NCBI RefSeq assembly: GCF_009914755.1
Contig: NC_060930.1
Direction: 5' to 3' (one strand)
DNA length: 64,000 nt
DNA from: the human T2T-CHM13v2.0 reference genome, Homo sapiens
The first letter of the stretch is position 1; each line of letters begins with the position of its first letter. Under the pieces are notes generated by a model. It was given only the letters and a program-made list of their open reading frames with translations, was not told where the DNA came from and did not search any database. Of this stretch, positions 1 through 11,900 are shown one piece after another. The position numbers and the translations under genes are program-made.

Positions 1-117
1 ACCTTTACTTCTAGAATAAAATTTAAAAATTGTAACTGCTCTTACCTCTGCCTCTTTTTCTGACTTCATGTTTTATTCATCTTCCCAGCCCTGGGCTGGG
101 AAGCCCATCACTGGGCT

Positions 118-514
118 TTAGCCATCCTGGCTTCCTTGATGTTCTTGAATACACTGTGCATATAAACATATAAGGGCTCTTCTCTCTGCTTTGAACACTC
201 TTCACCCATACATTTGCATGAATTAACTTTATTTAGGTCTTGGCTCAAATGGTATTTCTTTACAGAGGACTTTCCTGACCACTCTCCAAAATGGTACTCT
301 CTCCCCATAAATCTTTGTGCCTTTACCCAGTTTTATTTTTCTCCTTAGCATTACCTGACATTTATAAATATTTATGTATTTATTGTCTGCCTCTTCCATT
401 AGAGTGTAAATTCCAGGAAGGCAGAGATTTTATCTCACTTAGTTTTGCATACACAGCATCTAGAACAGTGTCTGGCATAAAGTTGGTGTTCAATTAATAC
501 ATATTGAATGAATA
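118..514 (+). mobile_element. L2 LINE 3' end fragment (L2a-like)
   Basis: Typical L2 3' text (ttagagtgtaaattccaggaaggcagagatttt...tctagaacagtgtctggcata...ttgaatgaat). Confidence 0.8.
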
Positions 515-1349
515 ATGTCCAAGGCAACTACATAACTGCACATGGGATGACCAGTGCTAGCACCCAGGCAGTCACTGTGCACTTGGAATTGCCAGAGAAG
601 ACCTCAAAGGAGGAATCACACTTAGAGTTGGATGGGAAGGATGGGTAGGTAACCTTTACCAATCAACTGATCTCTAATAACAGATTAATACCCTGAAGTT
701 GTGGGACATTACTGAAATGAAAAATCATTAGGCATGTCATAGACTACCCTTTTGAAGGGTTCTACACCTTAGCACCTATTTTGGCCAAGTTCAGGCCAAC
801 ACACTTAAGTAAAAAAAGCAAAATGAAATGAGTGTTTGGGAACACATGATGTCTTAAATTTGTAAATTATTTGCTGGCTGGAGCCACTGATGGCTAAGCT
901 TGTACATGAGGATGCTGGCAGTGCAGTAGGCTGTACTTGAAATGTTTCAGGGACCAGGCCCTGACAAAACAAAGCCTGTGGCAGGGGCAAGTGTTGTTCT
1001 TTGAATGACAAGTTTAGAGGGAATTTGGATTACTTTAAAAAAAAACAGTTCTAATACCAAACCAACCAAATTGGAAAGGGCCCATGATGTCCCTTGGCTT
1101 TTTTATGGAAGGGCTAGAAAACTGGCCTGGCATCCATGGACGGTGTCTCTGGGGGCATGGCAGGGTGGGCTCCTTGGAAGTTAAGCTAAGGTGGAGTATG
1201 TTTGTATTCTAGACTTTATATTCACTCTCATTGTAGAAGTCAAGCTTCGAGTTCTGCTGGTCATTGCAGGAATATGTACCTTCATTATGCTCAATACTCC
1301 ATTGAAAACAAACACTTTTGGAGGAATGTGCATTGAGTTTGGGAGAGAA

Positions 1350-2190
1350 AGTAATAGAGCAGAAAGTGCACAGATGCCAGGGTCAGGCTGGCCTTCCTTC
1401 ATACTTCAACTTAAATGTAATGGCTGTGTGATCTTGGGGATGTTGCTTAAATTTGGTATTCTCAAATTTAATATTTTATTCAAAAAAGGGGACTATTGTA
1501 AGAATTAAATACCTAGCAGAGTACTTGACCCATGGTAGAAATTCATGATATATAGTAGTAAAATTATCAGTAGCCATTTTTATTAAGCAATTACTATGAA
1601 CAAGATACTAAAGTGTATTTTATAATTTATTACCTCAGTTAACCCTAATGATGGTGCTATAAAATAAGTACAACTATTAGCTTCACTTAACAGACCTAAC
1701 AGGTCTGAGATTTCAAAAAGGTTAGTTTTTCCAAGTTCACAAAGATTATAAGTGGTAAAACCTGGGTCTAAATCCAAGAAGTATGACTGAGATTAAAACT
1801 GCTTTCAATCACTCTCAAACTTCCTTTCAAAATAATAGGAAATTGGTAATAATAATAATAATAATAATGTGGTAAAACATTATTCTTTAAGCACATTGGT
1901 TTGATCATATAACAAAATAAAAGGAAAAGAATTCATTTAACAACTGGAATTTATTGAGTTGCTTCTATGCTCCAGGTGCTATGTGCTTGCTCTTTCTCTC
2001 TTTTGCTCTCTCTCTCTCTTTCTCTCTCTCCATGTATACATATATGTATATATATTCTCAATCTTCACAACACTGAGGTGGATGTTATTATTCTGCATTT
2101 TACAAATGATGAAACTGGGGCTTATAAAGAGGTTGAAAGCATTTGCTTCAAGTCATTATGCAACTAACAGCCAGCATTAGAGTCCAAAGC
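1350..2190. mobile_element. Cluster of MIR SINE fragments (about 1350-1570 +, 1690-1810 -, 1945-2190 -)
   Basis: MIR core similarity (gctgtgtgatcttgggg; cattttacaaatgatgaaactgggg). A CT/TA microsatellite interrupts the third copy. Confidence 0.65.
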
Positions 2191-2445
2191 TAATGAGAAG
2201 CAGTGGGACAGAGGGAACAGCAGAGTTGAGACCTGAAGAGGAGAGAGACATGGCTAGATGTGTGGGAAGAAAAGTAGTTAAGGTTGGTGATCAAGGGTAT
2301 TGAATACTTTGTGATGAACCTTAGTCTTTGTCTTAAGTAATAGTTTGGAAACAGGGAATTAGCCTGATCAAATCAGACATTTTACAAAGATCTCTCTGAC
2401 ATCAAGGTAATAGATTGACTTAGGTAGCTCATGTGGCCCAGAAAT

Positions 2446-2809
2446 ATGGCAGAAACTGTCTTGATTCCTACCAATGCCATTTCCTCCTTCTGGGCACTAG
2501 GGAAGACCAAATTTCCCAGCTTCCCTTGTGGTTAGGTTGAGCCCGTGTGACTGAGGGACTACTTCCAAGCCTGACCATACACCACCCTGGACAATCTTCT
2601 ACACTCTTGCTTCTCTTTTCCAATGACAATGGTAAATCCCTGATTCATCACTTGAGAAGAGACTCAGCAGAACCACCAACCTTCACTGCTCTTTGCAATA
2701 TTAATTAAAACAAAGAAAACAAAAAAATGTATCATATTAAGACACTAAAATCTGTTGGTTTATTTGTTGTATCCAATCCTTTTCTTTTCTAGCCTATCCT
2801 GACTAATAT
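2446..2809 (+). mobile_element. MaLR LTR, old MLT1 (MLT1J/I-like)
   Basis: atttcccagcttcccttgtggttaggttgagcccgtgtgactgag and 3' end tatcctgactaata. Confidence 0.6.
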
Positions 2810-2983
2810 TCTGTATTCTCCCCATTGGAGGGAAAGTAGATTCTATAGAGTACATGGGCAATAGAATTGGGAAATGGGAAAGGATTATCTCCCTTGGAAA
2901 ACTATTTTTTTCAGGATAGGCAGTTTTTGTTTCTAGAAATTTTGTAGGTGTTTCCTAAGAGCAAAGTTCTTTGATTCTGCCAA

Positions 2984-3516
2984 TGTGACAGCCAGCATTC
3001 AGGATGGCCTTCATTAATGCTTGCTTCCTGGTATTCATGCCTTTGTGAAGCTGTCTTTCACATAGAATCAGAGCTGACCTGTGTGACCAAGGAAATACTG
3101 TGAAAATGATAGTATGTGACTCCAGATAATACTATGTATTGCAGCTTCTACTTTGGTTTCTTATTTATGTTAGGAAAAACTAGTACTATCCCAATGAAGT
3201 CATTCCAGCAATCCCATGGGGAAGCCCATGTAAAAATGAAGGCCTTCTGCCAATATCCAGCACCAGCTTACCAGCCTCACAGTGAGCTACATTGGAAGAG
3301 GATCCTCCAGCCCCAGCCACACCTTCAATTCACTCTAGCCTCCAGCCTCTTGAGGTGTCCAGCTGAGCTCCTAGATGTTAAGGAGCAGAGATAGCCATCT
3401 CCATTGTCCATTTTGAATTCATGACATATGGAAACCAAGAGAAATAATAACTGAATATTGTTGTTATAGATAACTAAGTTTTGGGGCAGTTTTTCATGCT
3501 GCAGTAGACTAATACA
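2984..3516 (+). mobile_element. MaLR solo LTR (MLT1F/G-like)
   Basis: TG...CA termini (tgtgacagcc...actaataca); near 5-bp TSD gccaa/gccac. Confidence 0.75.
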
Positions 3517-4339
3517 GCCACCAAAGAAGCTCAGGATGGAATTAGAGAAGACCCACAGTAAAATTCCCATGCACAAAGTGACTGTGGAGTAGGCCTGTCT
3601 GTTCCCTTGCATGGCCTTCTCTATTCTATGGTAGTTCTGTGGCAGAGCTGTGGCTACTTTTCCTCTTGTTACAGTGCCTGGATCTAGGAGCAACCACAAT
3701 AGTTACTGCTCATGCCCTTTAACTGGGGAAAGAACCTAGGGGCACCTTCTCCCTTTGAATGATGAGATATCCAAGTAGAATGGCAAGACATTTCTTTTAA
3801 GATGTGATGTCATTTCATTCCTAATTTGAATGATCTTCAAAGTCAAATGGAATTAGATAGTGTTATCCTGGTTTAGACATGTGTTTCTTGTAACTGATTG
3901 AACTAACATTCCTTTCTATGGGGGCAGGTTGACAATTATCCTGGTCAGTCCATTTTTTTCTCTTTTAAAAACTGCAATTAACCAGTTTTACAGTGAAAAC
4001 ATTACTGGATCCAAAGTTAAACGACCTGGCCTCAAGCTGTGACTCTGTTTCTAAGTAGCTGGATGGCCTTGGAGAAATAACAAATATTTTTCTATCCACA
4101 AAATTCAGTTGATGCTGATGATGCCTAAATACAAAACAACAAGAATGTCATAAGAGTAAAAGTTGATAATATACTGAGACTGTTTTGGTAAAGTATAAAA
4201 TGTTATATCAATATTGCATTCAAAGGTTACATACTAAGGGTTTCTACTGGCTCAAACACTATTCTAAGCTTGGGAAATACAGCAGCAAATAAGTCAGAGG
4301 CCATGCCCTCATAGAGATTACATTCTACTGGAGGTAAAG

Positions 4340-4853
4340 TATATTAGTTTTCTATTGTCACCATAAGAGACTATTACAAGCTTAGATGCTTAAGACATAT
4401 ACATTTATTATTTTACAGTTTGGTATGTTAAAAATTCAACACGGGTCTCACCTGGCTAAAATCAAGGTGTCAGCAAAGCTGCATTCCTTTCAGGAGGTTC
4501 CAGGTGAAAATCATTTTTCTTGCTTTTTTCAGCTTCTAAGTGGCTGCCTACATTCCTCAGATCGTGGCCTCCTTCATCCATCTTCAAAGCTAGCATCATT
4601 GCCTCTCTCTAATCAGACTTCCATTGTCACATTTCTCTTTGGTTCTTCTCTTCTGCCTCTCTCATCTACTTTTTGTGATTACATTGGGCACACCTGCATA
4701 ATCACGGCAATCTTCCCATCTTAAGATCCTTAAATTAATTACACCTGCAAAGGTGTAATTTTGCTACACCTTTTGCTATGTAAGGGAACATACGCACAGG
4801 TTCTGGGAATCAGGGTATGGACGTCTTTAGGGGTCATTATTCTGTCTACCACA
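4340..4853 (-). mobile_element. MaLR solo LTR (MLT1D-like)
   Basis: tatattagttttctatt...aaatcaaggtgtcagca...ttattctgtctaccaca, flanked by a perfect TAAAG TSD (4335-4339, 4854-4858). Confidence 0.85.
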
Positions 4854-5619
4854 TAAAGTACACTTTATTTTGAATGGAAATGCTCTAAATGATTACTTGC
4901 TTCTCAGTTTATATTAGTATAGCCCAAACCATATGCCATATCTCATGATTTTATTCTTGTCATTTTGTTTTTGTACCCTAGGCTTATGCCTGACTTACAA
5001 GGCAAGTTAGATTTTGACTAAGAAATTTATTCCTTCTCAATTCTGTCTAGGATTTTGCAGTTGTTTTTCTCCTTAAACTATTGGGAGGTGGGATTGAAAA
5101 AGAGCCTGATAGCCAGAGGAGAAAACCCCAATCAATTTATTATTTCTCTATAAGTCCTGTGTGCATGAGATCTCCTTCATTAACCTGGCTCAGGACTGGT
5201 GTTGAAATGTCATTGCTGAGATGTGATTCTATGACCCTGAGGAATGAATTCAGTTTTGAGTTGGCAAGACCATCAGTGGCACTCACTGTCTATTTCTGGC
5301 ATATTAAATCAAGATTTTCAGTGTGTCAGAATCTGTTATAACTTGGATTGAAATATGACAACCTGTCAAAAAATTTCCACAACTGATAACAGCCCCTTGA
5401 GGTTAATAGATAAAATTATATGATGGCATAATTTGTGTAACAGAATTCCTAAATTATTTGTCATAGATTCACAGGGGTGGGAGGGATTTTATAAATTTAT
5501 AGTCCAGTATGACTGCACTGCTGTGTAATACTTGGTCTCTTACACTTGAAACATAATTACAAAAATATATTAAGACACTTTTCAAATAAATTCAATCTGA
5601 TGAGAGTTTTTAGATAATC

Positions 5620-6010
5620 AACAATATGTGACATATACTGCTAGGTGCTATGGTGGGTATATTAGAGAAATAAGATATGGCTCCTACTCACAGTGAGTTT
5701 AAACGCTCGTTGCTGTAACATGATGTAAACACAGAAAATAACTGAAGAACGTAAGTCAATAGACTTTAGCCTGTTAGAGACCAGTGAACTCTGAAACTCA
5801 GTGGACTCTGAATACTGTGGGAAAGGCTGAAGCAATGTGTAGGGACGCAAATAAGGCACTGAAAAATAAGAAGCAAGACATTGTATGTGGATGGAGCTTT
5901 ATGAGTAAAGTCCCCAAGATCAGAATGAGAATGTGATGCACAAAATACATTAAGATTACTGAGCTGGAATAAAGGGGAGGAAGGTGTGAAATATAAGTCT
6001 GGGTAGCATT
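5620..6010 (-). mobile_element. L2 fragment
   Basis: Degraded antisense L2 3' text (tactgctaggtgctatgg...aataagatatggctcctactc). Confidence 0.5.
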
Positions 6011-6215
6011 TGGGCATATCTATTTGTGCCTATAATCGTGTGTGTGTGTGTGCTTGTGTGTCTTTGCAACACACACAGCTCAGTGCTGTGGCATAGCCAC
6101 AGAAAGTGTATAGTGCTAATGGAGACCGTAATAATGGGAGCTTTTATTGAGTGTGTGCTAGGCATTTACATGCAGTATCTTCTTTCATCCTCACAGCAAC
6201 CATATGAAGTATTTT

Positions 6216-6550
<335 letters not shown>

Positions 6551-7019
6551 GAAGTATTTTTAATATCTTAGTTTTACAGGTGAAAAAGCTGAAGCTCAGA
6601 AATGAAGGAGCCCATGGTCACATGATCACACAGCCACTAACAAAGCTGGGCTTCAAATTCACTTTATTGGCCTTAGGAGAACCCATTTCCTCAAAACAGT
6701 GCTAATTATTGGCAATACAGCAATATAGTCTGCAGTGCTTTTTTGTTTGGTTGGTTCAGAGGCTTTTGGTAAAAGGGAATAATATCAACAAACTCAGGAA
6801 ATGTTGTTGGTTCTTATATAATTTTCCTCAGAATGTTATTGGCTGGTAGCAATTAGGGGCAAACTCTCATAATTAAAGAGAAAACATTTTCCATATCTGA
6901 TTATTTGAGTAAAAATTTGAAAATTCATCATAGATACCCTCCTTTAGTGCAAGAAGTGTCTCACTTTGCAGTTTCAAGAACAACTTCCTTTTTTACTAAG
7001 TTAAACTATCTTAAAAGAT

Positions 7020-8880
7020 AGCATAGTGTAAATACCCTTTTGTACTTGGCGTTTTTAAAATTTTAACTCAACCATATATCTTAGAAATCACATTATATAA
7101 ATTCATAGAGATCTTCCTCCTCCTCCTTTTCTTTTTTAAACAGATAGTGCTCCATTGTGTGAATAATGCATGGTGGTTGTTTTTAACCACTATTCTATAT
7201 TTGGGCATCTATATTGTATCCAGTATTATGCAATTCAAAACCATGATGAAAGAAATAGCCTTCTGCATTCACATTTTTATATTGGGAGAGGTGTATCATT
7301 AGTGTAATTTCCTAGTTTTGATAGACATTGCCAATTCATCCTCCATAGAGTTGTATCAATTTGCATTTCCTCATATGTAAAAGTGTCTGTTTCCTAACTC
7401 ACTAATAGAATGTGTTGTCAAGTTTTTCAACTTTGCCAATCTGATAAGTGATAAATAGTATCTCAGAGGAGCTTTATATTGCATTGCTCTTACCATGAGT
7501 GATATGAAACATCTTTTTCAAATGATTAAGATCTAATTTCTATCTTTTGGGGTAAATTATCTATTCATGTATTTTGCCCATGATTTGGATCTTTGTTCCT
7601 TCAATTTTTAAGATACACGCACACATACAGACACCTACACACACCTATATATAGGATGTATTCACATATATATAAATACATGCATATATATATGCAAGAT
7701 TAGCTCTTTGTGATAAATGTCCCCAATATTTTCTACTAGTTTATTATAGGATCTGGATTTGTTTATGGTGTTTTCTGTCATGCAAAGCTATTTTCTAATG
7801 TTTATTTAATCAAATGAATCACTCTTTTATTGGCTCTTTTCTTTTATCTGGATTTTGAATTACCAAATAAGTTTTTATCTAAATATATCTTTGCCCCAGT
7901 GATTTGAGGTGCCACCTGAAATATATTCCACATTCCCACAGGTACTTGTCTGTTTCTGGAATTTCTTTTCTCTTCTACTGTTTTATCTGACTACTCATGT
8001 GCCAATGCCATGCTGTTTCAATAATAGATACTTTAATATGTATTTAATAACAGGTAAAATCCATCCTCATGCAGTTTTTATTTCACAGTGTTTTCCTAGC
8101 TATCTGTGCATGTTCATTTTTCCATATAAAATTTTATATCAACATATCTAGCTACAAAATAAAGATTGTTAAGGTTTTTTATACTAAATATTTTTACATT
8201 AAACTTATAAATTAGCTTAGGAGAACTAATATCTTTATACTATGGAATCTTCCTACACAAGATAAAGAAATGTCTTTCCAATTGTTTATGTCTACTTCTA
8301 TGGCCTTCAGGATGTATTTTAAAGTTTTTATAATATAGGTTTTGCATATTTCTTGTTAAGTATGTTCTTAAATTATTGAAAATGTGGTTTTCTCCACTAC
8401 TATGTCCTCTACTTATTATTCGTGTATATGTAGGCTGTTAATTTCTGTATGTTTATTTTTTATCCTTTTACCTTACTTAATTCTTTCACTGTTATACGTC
8501 ATTCTTTTATTATTTGATACACTAGGCTTTTCCACTTATTATCATATCATCCTTAAAAAGTGATACTCTTCTTTTTACCTGCATCTCTAATTCTTATGTC
8601 TCCAGTTGATTTCTTTTTTCTAAATGCATTGGCAAATGCCTCCCATAAAATGTTAAACAGTAGTGAAGATGGTGAGCATCTTTAACCTCTTCCTAATTTT
8701 GATAGAAATGCATCTCAGGTCTTCCCATTAAGTAAGTTGCTGGTCTTAGGACTGAGGTATGTGATATATGCATGTATATATATTAGTGTTTTTTTCTTAA
8801 GGATGAAAGATGAATTTCATTAAAAGCTCTTTCAGCATGTAAACATATTATTATATGATGTTTCTCCTTGTGCTAATTTT
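7020..8880 (-). mobile_element. Old L1M (L1MC/L1ME-type) fragments
   Basis: Antisense L1 3'/ORF2-like text (ttgccaatctgataagtg...gtatctc; tttgcatatttcttgttaag; gttaaacagtagtgaagatggtgagcatc). Confidence 0.75.
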
Positions 8881-10258
8881 TTATTTAGATTGTTATTTGT
8901 TGGGGCTCTGTTACAAAGTTCTATAGTAGAACTGAATTTTGAGCTTTGTATTAGAACAGAATCAATTCAAAATTCTTTCAATAAAGTAGTCTGGCCAATC
9001 CCAGGTTTTTCTATAAGTCCTCTATATTTTTAATGCATGTTTTTGCAGAGTGCTATAGTTTTCATAGGAGCCTTCAATTGATTCAGGGAAATTTTATGGA
9101 ACATATAGGTATAGTTAATCTTAACTTTCAAATCTTATATGTATCTATGAACACTAGTTTTGCTTTACCTCTTGTCAAGGATTTTATTTTCCAGATTAGT
9201 AGCACCCAGAGAATTTGGTTATACAGCTATTCTTCAGAGTAAGTTATTTTCATTGATATTCCTGAAGTTGATCCAGGGCCTAATTCGTTAACTAAAATGG
9301 TGATGCTTTGCCAGGTAATATTGCACATAATGAGAGAAAGAGACAAAGGGACAGAGAGAGGGAGAGAGAGAAGCAAAGGTGTATAAAGCAAAGGTGTTTA
9401 AAATGTAATTAACATAAAAATTTCCCAACTATTGATCTTCTAGTGGATTAGGACCAATGTACCATTTTTGAGGTGAATTGCTTTTGTCTGTGACATATAT
9501 AAATACTTTTAGATACTTGTTAGCAAGCTTTTTCCATGTACCGGGGATACTCAATACCCAGAAATTCACTCATTTTTAGCTATGATGAGATTACTGCTTT
9601 TCACCCTTGGCCCATGATCAACTCTCAATTTCAGAGAAAGAGTGGGAAGCACAAACATCCCTCAACATTGCGGTCCACTGTGGTCTAGCATTTCTCAGGT
9701 CCTGGGAGCTAGTCCTGCTCCATTCCTCTGGAAGTGGAGGGACCTGAACGTGAGAATATGAGGAGGTCACCTCTCTCTTGGCATCATTATGGGCATTTTC
9801 TCTTCCCCCAATGAAAAGAATGGAAAATCAATCAGAGGACCTGGGCATTATAATAGTTTACCTGTAGCATGTTTTAGAGGTTATCAACTACTCACAAATG
9901 CATTATCTCATTAAGTAGAATGCTTCAACACTTCTGGCGGCAGTCAGGACAGGTAGTTTCATGTACACTTCTGAAAATAAATAGCTGTATCTTAAAGAGG
10001 TGAAGGACGGAGATAGGATGAGAAACTGTGTGAAGTGACTAAGCTTTTTTTTCTCACTAACGCTTTCTGTCTCTTGAGGCTTTTGCAATATTTGACTTCA
10101 GTTCTTCAATTTATAAAGTTGACTGATTGGGAGGGTGGGGAAGATTCGATGATTTATACTGTTTTTACCACCTCTAAAACTCTGTGTTTCTCATAATCAC
10201 ATAAACACGCAATACACACACACTTCTCATGAATTCCCCATCCTCTCTATTTGAGCTA

Positions 10259-10577
10259 TAGTCATCCTTTGGTATCCTCCAGGGATTGGTTCCAGGACCC
10301 CCATACCAAAATTTAAGACTGCTCAAGTCCCTGATATAAAATGACATAGTATTTGCATATAACTTATGCACATCCTCCCCTGTACTTTAAATCATCTCTG
10401 GATTACATATAATGCCTAGTACAATGTAAATGCTACGGAAATACTTCTTATACTGTATTGTTTCAAAATTTGTATTACTATTATTGTTGTTATTTTATTT
10501 ATTTATTTTAGAATATTTTTGCTCCTCAGTTTGTTAAATTCAAGGATGTAGAACTTGCGGATATGGAGGGCTGACTG
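10259..10577 (+). mobile_element. MER2 (TcMar-Tigger-derived DNA transposon)
   Basis: TIR-like ends (agtcatccttt...ggagggctgactg), TA flanks, internal gattggttccaggaccccc and gctcaagtccctgatataaaatg. Confidence 0.9.
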
Positions 10578-10579
10578 TA

Positions 10580-11215
10580 CTATCCTTGAGCTCAAACTCT
10601 TATAATTTCTCACTTCAAATACTTTAATGATCTCCCAATTAACCCCTGTAATCTCTACTTTAGCCCCATATAATCTGTCTTCCTTGCTTACAGCCAAAAT
10701 ATTGGCTTTTAAAAGCCTAGATATGATCATGTCATTCTGAAGCCCAACCCCTAACTGGCTCATTGTCTTCTGTGCAAACCCAAGTTCTTTAGCTTGGTGA
10801 ACCAGGCTGTCCTTGTCTTACTTCTCCTCTTCTCTGAAACTCTAGCTCTGCAGATCACTGTGCGTTTCCTTAGCAGGACAACCTGTGTGTAATGTCTCCA
10901 TGCCTCTGCTGTGCCACCTCCCTGAGACTAGCACCTACCTGTGCACTGTGCGATGTTCACTCATCTTAAAGACTCAGCTGGTGCCCCTTCTTAGAAGTTT
11001 TTTCTTCTGCTCCCCTATTCAGGTAGAATAGATTATTCAACCTCTATGCTTCCATTCTGCCCCAACCAGAATTTGAATTCACTTATAGTATTTTATAGCA
11101 TGTATTTCTTAATATGTTTCTCTTTAGGACTAGTTTATTTTTTTCTTTATCCTTAAAGTCTAGCACTGTCCCTGACATGTAAAATTGGAGCTCAAAAATT
11201 TTCTTAAAATAAATT
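10580..11215 (+). mobile_element. L2 fragment (host of the MER2)
   Basis: L2 3' region motifs (gatcatgtcattct; tcttaaagactcagct; tctagcactgtccctgacat). Confidence 0.6.
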
Positions 11216-11479
11216 CAGCCTTTGTTACCTGGTCTCCCTTTATATCAAAGGTAGGCATTTCTGAATGGACTTGCCAGAACAAGAAATAAAATCTTCAGTT
11301 TGGGAGTAAGAGAGAGGGTTGGATCAGAGTGTTTGAGCCCATGATGAGTCTGATCTCACTGTACACTTAATAGTAACACTTTTTGATTGGTTCATAGATA
11401 TTAGACTATTCCATGAGTATGTGAAATGCTAGCTTTAACTCTATATTCAAGAATATTATTAGGGTTAACAATAGAAAAA

Positions 11480-11900
11480 TAATAGTAAATAGTTATATAG
11501 TGATTGCTATATACCAGGTGTTTTTCTTAGTACTTTGCATATTTTGGATTATTTTATCCGTGTAACAACCCCATGATATTATTTACTGGCTATTATTATG
11601 CTGGTTTTTGTGGATAAGAAAAACAAAGCACAGAGAAATTAAGTACCTTGCCAATGGTCACACAGCCAGTGAGCAGCAGAGCTGAGATGTGAATGCTGGT
11701 GATTTGGCCCCAGAGTCTGTGCATTCCCCACTGCATTCTATGCCTTTCCAGTAGGCCACATATACACCAAAGGCAAATAATGACAATGATAATTGACTCA
11801 CAGAGTCCTGAGAATTAAATAAGAGAGCATTTGTGCAAATTCCAGAGCAGGGCTTGTTATGCTGTTGGTGCTCAGTAAACTACTGATGAATTTTAAGGAA
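11480..11900. mobile_element. MIR (-, about 11480-11750) plus MIR fragment (+)
   Basis: aaagcacagagaaattaagtaccttgccaatggtcacacagccagtgag. Confidence 0.75.
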
